Assembly: GCA_050230475.1 (NCBI GenBank)
Contig: JBFLGF010000115.1
Location: forward strand, 1-64,000
Reading direction: 5' to 3'
Length of the DNA stretch: 64,000 nt
Origin: Ancylonema sp.
Taxonomy: Eukaryota
Shown here piece by piece: positions 30,676 to 44,460 of this stretch. How positions within the stretch are numbered: position 1 is the stretch's first letter; each line of letters begins with the position of its first letter. Below the pieces are notes generated by a model. It was not told the DNA's origin and ran no database searches. It saw only the letters and a list, made by a program, of their open reading frames with translations. A program made the translations under genes and the position numbers.

Positions 30676-31169
30676 ACTCAAATTGCTCAACGCGTTTTTT
30701 GATGTAAATATCGGTTTCAACTTTTACTCTTCTTTGTGAAGCTTCATTTATATTTTTTGATGATTCATTTTCGATTAAGATGAAAGTGATCAATGGTTTT
30801 GGGCTTCAATGGTTTTTGGCAGATCTCTACAAGGGAATCACCTGACAGGGGTTATCCCTAAAAGCTTTGGGAATTTAGTGAACTTGAACGTGTTGTGAGT
30901 CTTAATGCGTGTGGGTTCGGTCCACACCGATTTTGAATTTGTTGAATATTGTGTGTATGATTCAAGCGAGTGGCAAAAGAAGGGGGCACGGGTGGGGGGG
31001 GGGGGGCAGATGTTAAAAAGATTTTTGCATGAATGGCGTTCAAAGCAAGCAATGAGGAGAGTAGTAAATTATTGTAAACTTACCAAACACCGATTTCTCC
31101 CCTAGTGCAAACAAAAATACCAAGTGGGGAATATGAGACTACTTTCATACTCCATTGTAACAATTTGGA

Positions 31170-32021
31170 GTTAAGCGATAACGTATTTTAAAAAAATAAA
31201 ATGAAAATGCCACATTCTTTTACGGACGCAAAAGGATCTCTATCACTGATGATCAACGAGACAGGAATTGCGTGTGTGGAACGAATTAATTATTGTGATC
31301 GCATCGGGGATGGTAATACCCGTTGCGTTTTACATGTCGTTGTGTGCCGACGATCGGTACAATTGACCGTCGGCCTATCGTTGAGTGACAACTCTTCTAC
31401 GTGTCAACGGCACATGCCGGACACTCCTGACACGACTAAACAAGCCAATCACGACACGTCAAGCAATAACGTCTCTATGTGTCGGCAACATGTCAGGTGC
31501 CCGGACACAAACGTGCCCGGCTCCGCATATAAGCACATCTAGGAATATTGCTCCCGGTTAGAGGTAACCGGTTACAACTGGACTAGCAAACATAACATAT
31601 GGCTACCAAAATATTCCAACACACCCCCTCGGATGCCATGTTAAAGTTGGCATAGATAGACATCCAAGACTACCCTAGTTACTGCTAAATCATGGCAGAA
31701 CCATTGCATAGCATATAAAAGTTTGGTCTTCCCTAGCACAAGCGTGCTAAGTGGCCCTATCTAGAAACGCAGCTGTTCGGAAGCCGATCGGAACTCCATG
31801 AAGTCGAAAGCTCCAGATCCTTGGTCGTTTTTCAGGCCGAAGCCCTGAACATACAAACAAATACCACAGTTAGACGAAAAACAAAAAAAAATTGAGAAAA
31901 TATTTTTGAATTTTTAACTTTTTCAACTTTATAATTCTCAAAATTTTACACTTTCCAGTCAGAAAAATTTCAAAACAGCATAACCTTCAAAATTTACCAG
32001 TCCTATCAGCACCAACTTTCA
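31170..32021 (-). mobile_element. Ty1/copia 3' fragment: distal 3' UTR, PPT and 3' LTR
   Basis: On the minus strand, PPT CCGAGGGGGTG is followed by TGTTGGAA starting at 31621. The UTR is similar to 58311-58620 and the LTR is related to 37767-38237. The left boundary is approximate. Confidence 0.7.
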
Positions 32022-35000
32022 ATTTCTTTCCGTACAAGGAACTTACGTCTCTCAGAAGTGATCAATGACAAAGTGTTGAGTTGGAAGAATAATCTTGAAT
32101 AGTCGGCATCGTGTTATTATACCACGATGCCTCGTCCACAACATGAATCTACAAAGCGTGCCGACGGTCGTATCTGCGAACCGTCGGCCTATCATAACTC
32201 AACAATAGTCAGATCCTGTCAACGGCACACGCCGGACAGTCGGACAAAACATAACGTCTAGATTCGGAACCATCTAGACCACGTGCTACAAACGGCACAA
32301 TCGAAACGTCATATTCGGGTGCCCGGACATAAGTCCGGCCCCTCATGATAAGCACACCCTAGGAACCCTACCGGTTACACTAACCGGCAATCCGGACTAG
32401 CATGCTAGCAAACATGGCTATCCGATATAATTCCTACACGTGGTTCACAGTTCCTTTAAGGTATCTGAATAGTTGATGGGCCCCCGATCACGTAACATCC
32501 CTAAAAGGTTATGGGCCCACTGGCGGTCTAGTTAAAGACGCTGTGTCAATAACTATAGGCATTCCACGCGATTCGCTGCTAATGGCACTCTGTGGTTAAG
32601 GTTATTAAGTACTGCACGTAATCCTTCGATTGCGCTGCCTGTGACTGAGGTGTGAGTAGCGCTGCACGAAACACGCTCAAGAAAGCAGAGCACCAAGAAT
32701 TTTAGCTGTTGCCTAACATGACGGAAAAATCATATATTCCGGTTTTCACAGGAGCAAACTACAAAAGGTGGGCATTTAAGATCAAGTTTGGTCTGGCAGA
32801 CAAGGAGCTGCACGACACGTTATGGATTGGGGTAAATCGCCGAGGCAAGCAGAGCCTGTCGTGTTTCTACCACACACGCAGGATGAGCTCGAATACGCTG
32901 GAGGCTGCGGGACGGTCGCTAGAACGATTACGGCACGCACCCAGCTCATTCGGCGGTCGACAGACTCTCCGAGAGGTCTGGTCGAAGAAGAATAACATCG
33001 CCGCGATGGCCTACAGCGTCAAAACACCTCCAGACGGGGGAGCTGACGCATGTGAGGAACTGCACGATTGCTGCAGAGATGTGGGAGGCCCTGAAGTCTT
33101 TCTACGACATTCAGGGAGCCATCGAAATTGCCAACGCTGAAGTTGAGCTCACGGCAATTATCATGGGAGAAGCGGAGGAGCTAAGCGATTACGTCAAGCG
33201 ACTTCAGGAGCTGCACGATCGGCTCGGGCATCTCGGGGAGCCAGTCAAGCCGGCAAAGCAGACGATAAATTTCCTGAATTCCCTGAACACTCGCTACAGC
33301 GCACGAGTGGAGAGCGTGATGTCTTGGGCAGTTATTTCTGCACCATCACTCTTCACGATCCCTAGGCCGTCAGCACTCTGTCAGCTGGCGATCGACGGGA
33401 GGCCTGCAACGACCGGAAGAGAGGGGCGCTGCCGGGAGGGCAGCAGGCCAATTTCGTAGGAAGGGGAGGTTACTCGGGCAGCTCCGGAGCTGGCCTAAGT
33501 CGACCAGGTGGGATCGGCGTTCCCGGAAGCCGCGACCTGACGAGAACTCAGTGCTACGGCTGCAACCAGTATGGCCACCTGAAGTCGGATTGCCCCGTGC
33601 GTCCGCCAATGAGGTGCCATGGCTGCAACCAGACCGGCCACAGGCTGTCGCAATGCGGCCAGCAACGGCATGGTGGAGGAGGAAGATCGGCTGGCCAGGG
33701 AAGTGGCAGTCCGAAACCAAAGTGCAGATACTGCGATAAGCTTGGACACACATTGGCAGAATGTAGCGTAAATCTGATCTGGCATTGTCTGCACCTTGCA
33801 CGTGATTCGAATCTCCGTAATCAAGCTCAGGCTAGACTTGCTGCAAGACCAGACACACCTTTTGATGCCTCTAAATCCTTAGCTTATGCAGCATTCTCAT
33901 CTGACGCACGGATTGCGATGGCAGCTGGAACTGATTGTTCGCATCTGTGGCTTGATTCAGGCTCGACCGATCACGTCTTCGACCGAGACCACTTCGTCGA
34001 GTACGACAACGTCCCAATGCAGCATTCTTTCATCCACACGGCTGACGGCACGCCCCACAAGGACGAGGGGACAGGCTTCGTGCACGTGAAAGTGAAGAAC
34101 GACGACTCCTCTTTCGTCGTCCCTCTCGCGGCTCTGCACGTCCCTACAGTCGCTGCGACCCTGGTGTCCACCGACTGCCTCGTCCAGAGACGGTGGGCTG
34201 AGCTTTGCCCAGACACCACATGGCCCCAAACTGACTAAACGAATGGACTGAAATGGGCTGATGTCAGCAGGCAGAGGAATGGTCTGTCGTTGCTGCATGC
34301 ATATATCATCATGCCTGGTTTCTTCTGGTCTGCAAGCTAATCTGTCCATCGGCATGCTCTGGCATGGCAAACTGGTTCACCCTGGTATACCAGCCATGTC
34401 AGACATGGCCAGAGTGGTGATATACCGAGACTGAATCAGGAGGAACTGACTGAGGTCAGGGATTGTGAGATCTGTTGTATGGGGAAAATGGGACAGAAGG
34501 GGCATGCTATTGCTAGCGAGGATGTGGCCACTATGCCGAAAATGGGGAGGTTGCATCTAGATCTGATAGGTCCTTTTGGTGTTAAGTCAATGCACGGAGG
34601 GTTTGACTACGCACAGACAGGGATAGAGGTCAACACTAGACTGTCAACAGTATCTCTCCTCAGGCACAAGAGCGAGGCTCTCAGTCAATCGCGCATCACT
34701 GTACAGAAACTTGAAGTTGAATCAGGACTGGCGTTGAAGTCTATCAAGACAGATGGGGGGGGTGAATACACAAGTAAAGAGTGGAGAGGCTATTGTGAGG
34801 ATAAAGGCATCAGACATGAACTGACTGCTCCCTACAGCCCTCAACATAATGGAATGTGTGAAAGGTTGAACAGAACATTGATGGAAAAGATGAGGTGTTT
34901 GCTGATGTGGTCTAAATTGCCTAAATCGTATTGGGATGTGGCACTGATGCACGCAAACTGGTTAAGGAACAGGACCCCCACTAGTTCATTGACAGGGGGG

Positions 35001-38000
35001 ATACCTATTGAGGAGTGGACAGGACGTCAGATAAAAATGGACAGAAGTCACACATTCGGCTGTCTGGTTCAATATTTGCTAGTTGGGCATGATAAAAATA
35101 AACAAGGGGACAAGTATGCTGCCAGGACTGCTTTTGGGGTGTATATTGGGCTGGCAGCAGATCAGGCTGGGTACAACATCATCGACCCGCTCAGAGCCGG
35201 CGTGATGGTGCGGACAGACGTCCGTTTCTTCGAGGAAGTGCCGGGGTACCCGAGACTCATGGGGGGGAGAGCTCCCCAGGTCGAGGCGAAAGCAGATGGA
35301 CACTTTCTCCAGCTGTTCCCCGACACGGATGATGAGCCTAAGGCTGGAGGGGTATCAGGACAAGCAGCAGTAACAGCTGCAACGCCAGCAGCAGAAGCAG
35401 AAGAAGCAGCAGCAGTACCAGCAGCAGCTCTAGCAGTAGTGCCAGCAGCAGCAGCACACAACGACCCAGGAGCCCAGATCCCAGTGTTAGAGGTTCCGCC
35501 ACCACCAGCTGCTGAGGTCCCCATCTCTGTGGTTGATGAGCTGTCTGACAGCCAGTAGTCAGGGATCAACAACGCAGGAGTGGCAGGCGAGGAGGAGGAG
35601 GTTCAAGGAGGGGGTGAAGGGGAGGAGGGGCAAGGGGTAAATGCTGTGAGCATAGCCATAGCTGAGAGGGTGATGGGGATAAGGAGGGCAAACTTCGCCC
35701 ACTTTGGAGATGTCCTCTGATACGATGGGGAGGAGTTCGACGACCAGGCGCTGGCAGCAGCCATTCAGGACGAGGACGAGAAGTGGGAGGCGACATGCTT
35801 CTTCACAGGCTTCAACGGCCCCTCTGACCCTGGATTATGTATGATTGCCACGTCTGCTGACTCCTCCGACCCTCTGACGCTGAACCAGGCCATGACAAGG
35901 CCAGACTGGGACCAGTGGTTAGCTGCTATCCATGAGGAGCTGAAGAGCTTGGGGGAATTCAACACCTTCGAGGTGTGTGAACTTCCACCAGGTCAAAGGG
36001 CTGTGGGGTGCAAATATGTATTCAAAACAAAATACACACCCACGGGAACCCTTGAAAGACATAAAGTCAGACTGGTCGCCCAAGGTTTTCTACAACAAGA
36101 AGGAGTTGACTATAATGAAATATTCGCACCTGTAGTAGAGTAGATAGTACCTCTATCTCTCTTCTATTCTACTAGCGATTGCGAATCAGGAGGGTTGGGG
36201 AATTGAACATATGGATGTAGTCACTGCTTTCTTGCACGGAAGACTGACGGAAGAAGTGTACATGAAAATTCCACCAATTTATGGAAATTGAAGGAGGGGC
36301 TGAGGGAAAAGTTCTGAGAATGAGGGGGGCACTGTACGGACTGAAACAGAGTAGCAAGGTCTCGGGTGAAATGTTCACAACCTTCATGCTCAGTATAGGG
36401 TTCAAACAGTGTATATTATGGACACATGCATATACACCAGGGGAACAGGACAGTCACGGATCATAGTGGGAATACACGTAGATGATCAGGTGATAGTTGG
36501 TCCTACCTAACACCAGTCATTAAAGCATTCAAACAGGAACTATCTGGGAAAATTCAAAATGAAGGATCTTGGGGCCCTAACCCATATCCTGGGGGGTGGA
36601 AGTGAAAAGGGACAGACAACAGGGGGTGCTCACGTTGCATCAGGGAGGGTTCATAAAAACAGGTTCCGAAACGTTTTGGCATGGCAAACTGTAATCCCAC
36701 AAAACTACCCTTACCACCTGGACTGACATTTCACCAAGATGATGAACCTCTAACTCCCCCTACACCTGAATAGATAACTGAATTCCGGGGAAAAATTGGG
36801 TCACTCATTTATGCAATGAAACACACCAGACCGGATGTTGCGCATGCACTGGGGGTACTGGCAAAACACATGGGGAATCCTGGGACTGCTCACATCAAAT
36901 CCTTACACCAACTGTTCAGATATTTAAAGGGTACAGTGGATCACGGAATATGCTACGTGAGGCAGAGGAGCTAGAGATCAGGGGGTACTGTGATGCTAGT
37001 TGGAACAGCTGCAGTATGACTGGGAAGTCGGTCAACAGGGTGGGTCACTACTGTTGGGGGAACAACTTTAAGCTGGAAGTCACAGAAACAGTCTACAGTC
37101 GCACAGAGTACAGCAGAGGCTGAATATATTGCTGCCTGTAGTGTGTCTAAGGAATGCTGTTACCCTTAAGTCGCTCCTGCATGAGCTCAAACTCCCTAAT
37201 GAAATTACAGTTTACAGTGACTCAACTGCTGCACTCTCAATGATCCAGAACCCAGTCCAACGCCAGAAGGCCAAGCACTTCAATGTGGTATACCACTGAC
37301 TGGCAGGCTCAAGTATGTGCTGCCATTTATACTAAAAATGTTGTGTCAAAAGTTCGTTTGATTTGGTGAAGTATTGAGAAAGTTATGAAGTTTTAAGAAA
37401 ATGGTGACGTTCTGAGAAAGTTGTGACGTTTTGCATATTTTCAAGTTATTCGGAGAAAACTACAGAAGATTGACTTGTTGTCATTTTTGTATTGCCATAA
37501 ATTGTGGTATTTGTGGCTCCGGCCCGAAAAACGACTAAGGAACTGGAGCGATCGTCATCTGGAGTAGTTCCGATCGTCCGATCGGCTTCCGATCGTCTTC
37601 CGATCGGCTGTGATTTTTTTGATAAATGCCTCTAGCACATTGATATGCTAGAGAAGACCCTCCTAGTCCATGGGCTATGCAATGATCTTGCCATGACTTA
37701 GCTGTTGAGAGGGAGGTCCTTTGGTGCTGACTTAATGCCAAACTTGGCATGGCATCCGAGGGGGTGTGTAGGAATTATATCGGAGGATAGCCATGTCTAG
37801 CGTGCTAGTCCGGACTGCCGGTTAGTGTAACCGGTAGGGTTCCTAGGGTGTGCTGTGCTTATGTCGAGGGGCCGGACTTATGTCCGGGCACCCGAATATG
37901 ACGTTTCGATTGTGCCGTTTGTAGCACGTGCGGGCGTGTCTAGATGGTTCCGAATCTAGACGATATGTTTTGTCAGACTGTCCGGCGTGTGCCGTTGACA

Positions 38001-38237
38001 GGATCTGACTGTTGTTGAGTTATGATAGGCCGACGGTTCGCTGATACGACCGTCGGCACGCTTTGTAGATTCATGTTGTGGACGAGGCATCGTGGTATAC
38101 CTACACGATGCCGACCATTTTCAAGATTATTCTTCCAACACACAATACTTGTCATTGATCATTCTTGGAGAGACGTAAGTTCCTTGTACGGAAAGAAATC
38201 ACACTCCTCGCACCCCGATCACGTAACATCCCTAAAA
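32022..38237 (+). mobile_element. Ty1/copia LTR retrotransposon, frameshifted, with an inverted 5' LTR
   Basis: PBS GGTTATGGGCCCA at 32507; gag ATG at 32718; three CCHC knuckles; protease WLDSGSTDH; integrase LHLDLIGP/KTDGGGEY/NGMCER; RT KVRLVAQGFLQ..GVDYNEIFAPV, LYGLKQ, HVDD; RNase H YCDASW. PPT GAGGGGGTG, 3' LTR at 37767-38237, TSD CCACG at 38238-38242. 32022-32438 is the reverse complement of most of the LTR. Confidence 0.92.
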
Positions 38238-38242
38238 CCACG

Positions 38243-38845
38243 GACTGACGTTTGTGGGAAAATACAGTTTTGAAGTAAAGGGTTACTGCGATGCATCATG
38301 GAACAGTTGCAGTATGACAGGCGAGTCAGTCACAGGATGGGTAACCACGGTTGGGGGAACAACAGTGAGTTGGAAGTCGCAGAAGCAGTCCACTGTTGCA
38401 CAGAGCACTGCTGAGGCTGAATATATCGCTGCCTGTAGTGTATCTATGGAGTGCTGCTATCTAAAGTCTCTCTTGAAAGAACTCAAGTTTCCAAACCAAA
38501 TCACAATCCACACTGACTCCACCTCAGCTCTCTCCATGATCCAGAACCCTGTGCAACGACGGAAGGCAAAACAATTTAATGTGGTATGTCACTGGGGTAC
38601 GGGAATGCCACAGCACGGGGAGACTAAAGTATGTGTACCTTGCAGGCGCAAATCAACCAGCAGATATGCTAACCAAAGCTCTTCCTCAAGTTTTACTGGA
38701 CAGACACAGCAAAAGTCTAGGTTTTGGACGGTTATACTGAACTGGGGGTGTCAGTCCTTTCTTTTATTTTTATTATCGAGGTTTCGAATGCCATGCATGT
38801 TGGCAGGGGGTGAAGTGTGTTGTTATGTTTCTTTCATGCAGAAGT
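38243..38845 (+). mobile_element. Host Ty1/copia remnant (RNase H and proximal 3' UTR) into which the preceding element inserted
   Basis: GLTFVGKYSFEVKGYCDASWN..SWKSQKQSTVAQSTAEAEY..HTDS..ADMLTK. It joins in frame, across the CCACG TSD, with the inverted 32439-32480 piece. Confidence 0.85.
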
Positions 38846-39371
38846 AATGGGCAGGGTACAACAACTTCAGCTCATCCAGCTAAGTCACACTCTTACCTTA
38901 ATACCTTGTAAAGAACACTTGGAAAACACTTAAAGACACTTAAGGACAGGTGAACATATGGAGAGTTAAAATAATAACTTAGTTGGGTGTGTACCGTAAT
39001 GTGTACCGCTGAACACATATGAAATAATGTAGTGCTGACTTGATATGTGTAACGTTCCGAACTTAACCTAAAACCTTACATACACTCAAAAAGCACAGAG
39101 TATTTTACCTCTATAATAAAATCGGTAAAACTCGCCGAAGCCCACATGTGATAATGATCTATTGAACAAAGAACTGGTCGGACCTAGAAGGAAACCAATC
39201 ATCATTACGAATCCACGATTCCGTGGTACAAGGTGTTCCATGCCACACAAAATTTTGTACGAAGGAATCTTAAAAATGATTTACGTAACTATCATATCAA
39301 AACAGTATCCTTCTAGGTAGACACTTTTTGGAAAAGAATAAATTGTGTTAAAAAACCACTTGTGGGTTCGG

Positions 39372-39500
39372 GTATATTCGATAATAATTATCATATTTTT
39401 GATAATGGTTATCATATATTCAATAATGATTATCATATTTTCGATAATGGTTATCATATATTCGATAATGATTATCATATTCTCGGTACTGATTAGCATA
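39372..39500. repeat. 21/42-bp AT-rich tandem repeat (TTCGATAATGATTATCATATA)
   Basis: 5-6 visible copies. Confidence 0.8.
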
Positions 39501-40640
39501 TTTTGCGCATTTTGTATTTTATATTTAAAATATACTTTAGTGTTGTCCTTTTTTTTAATTTTTGGTAGTTTGATGCTCGAGTGAAGCGCCAAAAACATCG
39601 TATGGTAGATTTTGAAATCCAATACGTGATAGTAGAAGATTGTGCATCCCCTGGGGTTGAGAAACCACTTCGAATCATTGTATCAATTTCAAAATAAAAT
39701 CAAAATTGGACTTACAACGGTTTATTTTCATCACCTTATTACGTGAAGCTTGCACTGGGGGGGGGGGGGGGGGGGGGGTCAGCATGGTCAACATGTTACA
39801 AAATATACTTTGCCTAGTTATGAGAGGGGATTGATTGCTTTATTTTTGTACTTTGACAAACAAGGATCTATCCTTCAACGCGTTGACTGGCACTATACGA
39901 GAGAGCATTGGGATGGTGACCACACTTCACGGTCTGTGAGTATTGGGTTTCAATCGGGAAGGCTTTGTCGGATTCCTTGGTATGGAGGTTGGATTTTCGT
40001 TTGAAAACTTTGTGTTTCAACACAATACACGTTTTGCTGTTTGAATACTTTGCACCCACGCTTGGTGGGTGCAGCGTGTAGAGTAAGTAGAACGAAATTA
40101 TATAGAGTTGCATTCACTCGTGTGTGCGAGGATAATGATTGAGTAAGTGTCGAAATTGAGTCGATGTGAGCGTATTGAGGGTCGGAAAAGGTGTATATGA
40201 TTCGTCCAAAAACAAACATGTTTTGCGGTCATAACAGTTGAGGGAAACGAAGCACTTTGTGAGCTGTTGTGCGACGCTTTGATAGAACGGTATAGACACC
40301 CTACATGCGTGTAAATAAAATATATGTGGTCGGCTTCATCTCGATGCCATCACGTTAGAGCTCCATATAGAAAATGAACTCTATCAATATTTCCTTATAT
40401 CTCTATATCAAAAATTGCTTTTATTTAGAGATATGAAAATAGAAATCATAGAAAGTTGTCATTGTGATAATTTTACACCTAATAACTTAGTGCCCTCCGT
40501 AAGGCAACATTCACGGAATGGTTCTTTGTGGTCTTTGGTGGTCTCCGTTTTTGGTTAACGTCCAGAAGGCTTTTACATCGGAACCGACTAAGTGGAGTGA
40601 TTCCAAACAACATTGGGAATCTTGTCAACCTCCGTTACCT

Positions 40641-40720
40641 GTAAGTACTAAGTACTAAGTACTAAATACTAAATACTAAACACTAAGTACGAAGTACTAA
40701 ATACTAGTTACCAAGTACTG
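40641..40720. repeat. Heptamer repeat (TAAGTAC)n beginning at a splice donor
   Basis: GTAAGTACTAAGTACTAAGTAC... directly after exon 40569-40640. Confidence 0.85.
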
Positions 40721-43700
40721 AGCCGCAACGCATAGGGGCGTGTGGGGGCGTTCCGAAGACGGGAATGGGGAGTTCATGTGGTTTACATTTTTGTCCAAGC
40801 CCAATGTGAAGGCAATCACACACTCGATGATATTGATGGTTTCGATTCTGTACGGAATTTAAATCCGCACGAATTGATAATATATCCACTAGGTCATTCT
40901 TGCCATCGTTTGAAAGACGAATCGAAATTGTAACTTGTGGTTCAAACATGAACGACTAGCCAACTTTCTAATCATTGTTTCGCGGTGTTTAAATGTCTGT
41001 AATGATCGTTTGATCGTTGGTAAGGATTGTTTGAATGTTTGTATTGATAGTGTGAGTGTTTGAACATCCACCAATTCTATTCCATTGCAATAGTTTACAT
41101 CCATTTGTTATTAATGATGCCTTTTTGTATCGACGTTAGTACGCCAAAGAATATGCTTTTGTACGAGAGATTCACAAACATGGAAAGGACGAGGGGTAAA
41201 AAGTGGTTTTTGAGTGCGGTGGAAGAAGCTTTGATTCGATGTCGAAGGTGTTCAAGACAAAGGTGTTATTCGACAAGAGTTCGCATCCGTACAATACTAA
41301 TGATAGATGCACAGTTAGTCCTTTTCCGTGCAGTGCGCGCACGCGTCCGCAAAACTCGCGCACGGTGCATTGCCAACTATGAATAAATGCTTATGATAGA
41401 TTGTCAATCGATTCTTGCGTAACCGATTACTTTTCTTAAAGTGATCGACTTGAATCATGTGTTTTCACAAACAGGAACCTCGCCTACAATATGTTGAGTG
41501 GCAATATCCCTGAGACCATTGGGAACGCCACTTCTCTTCTTGATGTGTAAGTATCTTATGATTGATGTTGCAACCATGGAATTTAATTGAAATGGCCTAG
41601 TAATGACCAATGAATGACGAAAGGTCCTACTAGTGATTGATTATTAATATCGGTTATTGATGAAAGGTCCTAATGATTGAGGTCGGTCTTGCATTCCTAA
41701 AGTTTACGTTTTTGTTGCAGTCACTGACACCTCCTTGGGTTTTCGACCCTCAAAGATATCAAAGATTATGAAGCGTAGCAAGTTGTTACCTGTCCTAATG
41801 GCACCGAATATCGACATGAGTTTTGATACTCTATTAACACCTTCTTAACCCTTTTTAATGACAAAATACTATAATTTAGTCGGTACAAATTATTGTGATT
41901 TATAGACATTCGACAAAAGTTTTTCTCTAACATCATACGAGTTACTAAAGAGTGGTGTGAGATGACTAACACGGTTCTAGGTTTTCTATTCTCTACCGCA
42001 AGGAAATGAATGTTAGCAAAAACGTGTGTGCCAAGGTCACCCAAAATAGTATCTACTCAAACACTCGTGACGCGGAGTCCAATTCTCCAATTTTCGTGAT
42101 GGAATGGTGTCGTTTTTTTTTTGTTTTTTTTTACATATATGTTTTCTATGTAAGATTCTAAATTTTGAATTTTGAATGGGTTTTTTTTTTAACATTACTT
42201 CCCCCCCTAATGCTGTGTGTCTTTATTTTATTTTCTAATTATTTTTTAAGATTTATTTTCTATTTTTTTGGTGGTTATTTATTTATTTGGTCAATGGTGT
42301 TTTTGCGTATGCAGCCAGCTAGACTACAACGCTTTGAGTGGCGACATCCCACAAAGCATTGGGAACGTGCGCGCCGTTCATTTCTTGTGAGTTACTGTCC
42401 GTTATCTGAAAAAGTACCTAGATGGAAAATTGTTGTTGCCTACCGGAAAAATTATTCTATCATAATTCTCGTTCTATAAAGGGTTACGAGGTCAACGCGA
42501 GGTACCGCGTATAGAAGTAGGGGAAAAAAATTGTTGTTTTTTCCAACAAATCGGTACCAGTATAGGAGAAATGAGGACTGTAAAAAGAATCTAATTGAAT
42601 GGACCAATTAAAGAGTACGTATGGTGGCTATTGTCAAGTAAAATAACAAGTAAAATGGCCTTGTTTCTGTGATATGTAGGTGACACAAATTTATGTACAC
42701 ACGAGTGTGTAAATAAGTATAAGTCTGAAAGGAATCATTCATAAAATGCGGTTGCTGGTTCCGTATGCAGCTATTATCCTCAACTATTGATTCAGGTTTA
42801 TTTGGTCATGAAGAAGTTGATGTTGCAAAAGAAGGCTGGAGAGTCAAGATGAGACAGAAGGTGGACGAAAACTCGTTTTCTTTTTTTGGCCCGAGTAATA
42901 TAGAGAGGGGCAATGTTGTTTTTTCTCGGTTGATCTTTATGTTTTTTTTGTTATGTAAGCTTGGCACATGTTGAGAGCAGCAAAGGGAAGGATGATGCAC
43001 TCTTTGAAGGGTTTTTTTTTTGTTTATGATTGGTATTTATTGAACACAATATTCTTGTTTCTGATAGCTTCTCCTATTCCTTTTTTTGTATCCTCGTAGA
43101 TACCTGCAGAACAATCAACTCAGTGGAAAAACTCCGGAAAGCATTGGAAAAATCGCCAGCGTTCTATATTTGTGAGTTTCGCAACAGTACTAGTGTTCGA
43201 CTATACCGTGCGGAAATAATAGGCGGCAATATAGGTTGCAATAATAGGCGGCATAATAGGCGCCAATCTTGTGCGGCAATATTATGCCGTAAATTATGCG
43301 TCACATTTTTGCAGCAATACATGGAGACGAATTTTTGAGAGTCATAGAGGGAGAAAGTGTTGTTAAATATTTGTTTTGGCCTTTCGAAAGGAAAAAAGAA
43401 AATTATGATCCCTACTTCAACAAAGAAACGTTAAAACGTTATGGTCTCATAGATGAAAGAGGAGAAACCAAGGAGAACCTTAATTGGCTTCAATATACAT
43501 AAGGCTCAATCACCCCACTCGCTATACCCATTCCAAGAAGAAATGAGATGTGCTTCAAGAACACTTCGATAATACTTCGAGAGCAACAACTATATGAGGG
43601 ATGGATTTTTTATACCACGCGCAATGGCTCGTGTCGTGAAGTATGCTAAATATATAATATGCGGTAGTAAGATAAGAAAAAGCACATCGTAGTACTAGTA

Positions 43701-44246
43701 AATCGAGAAAGTTCGAATATCGTTAGACTTCACTTCGATATATTGTCGACGTTGAAAACGCGCGTGTGTGTTGGAAATTCAAAGTTGCCAGAGCTCCTTT
43801 GTGGAACCAATCCGTTCTCGAACTAAATCATTTGAAATCATGTTTTGTGACCAAACTAGGGATTTATCTCTCAACGAGTTGATTGGCAACATCCCCGAGG
43901 ACATTGGGAACTTCACTACTCTGCTATTTTGGTGAGTACATTTTGTTGTTTTTGTTTCTCAATCCGCAAGGTTGTGATGGAGTGTATGCCATTTCTTGAT
44001 TCGGGAATAACAGTATCAAAGCTAAGGATGTCCGCGATCCCTACATCTCTTCACCTTTTGGATGCCTTCTCCACCTTTATCCTTGTGGAGAAGACACAAT
44101 TTGGTGATTGCTCCATAAAATTTTATTTGAGTACACATCGATACTTACTGAAGCTTGATCAATACGAGGCGGGGGAGCGGAAGGGAAATGCAATCGGACA
44201 AATTGTGTCTCGTCTCTTTGTTTCGATGCATTGTGGGGTCTTTTTA

Positions 44247-44460
44247 ATCATAAAAATCGTACCTTTATTTCAAAATCGTACCGTGATGACTTCTATGATC
44301 ATGAAAATCGTACCTTTACTTCAAATTCGTACCGTGATGGCTCTTGTGATCATGAAAATCGTACCTTAACTTCAAAATCGTACCGTGATGGCTTTTGTGA
44401 TCATGAAAATAGTACCTTTACTTCAAAATTGTACCCTGATGACATTTGTAATGACGAAAA
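44247..44460. repeat. 51-bp tandem repeat, 4 copies, intronic
   Basis: Unit ATCATGAAAATCGTACCTTTACTTCAAAATCGTACCGTGATGGCTTTTGTG. Confidence 0.9.

Noticed and set aside
32022..38237. DIRS-like or novel retroelement with natively inverted LTRs
   Set aside because: It has a DDE integrase in copia order. The inverted TSD and host RT fragment show a post-insertion inversion, and the sister element has direct LTRs.
39178..39250. Possible extra decayed LRR exon (DLEGNQSSLRIHDSV)
   Set aside because: No AG acceptor or correctly placed donor, and a weak consensus match; it may be chance.
44247..44460. CRISPR-like array (also considered for 10395-10690 and 56530-56650)
   Set aside because: These are head-to-tail or irregular repeats without a regular repeat-spacer structure, with no cas genes, in a eukaryotic context.
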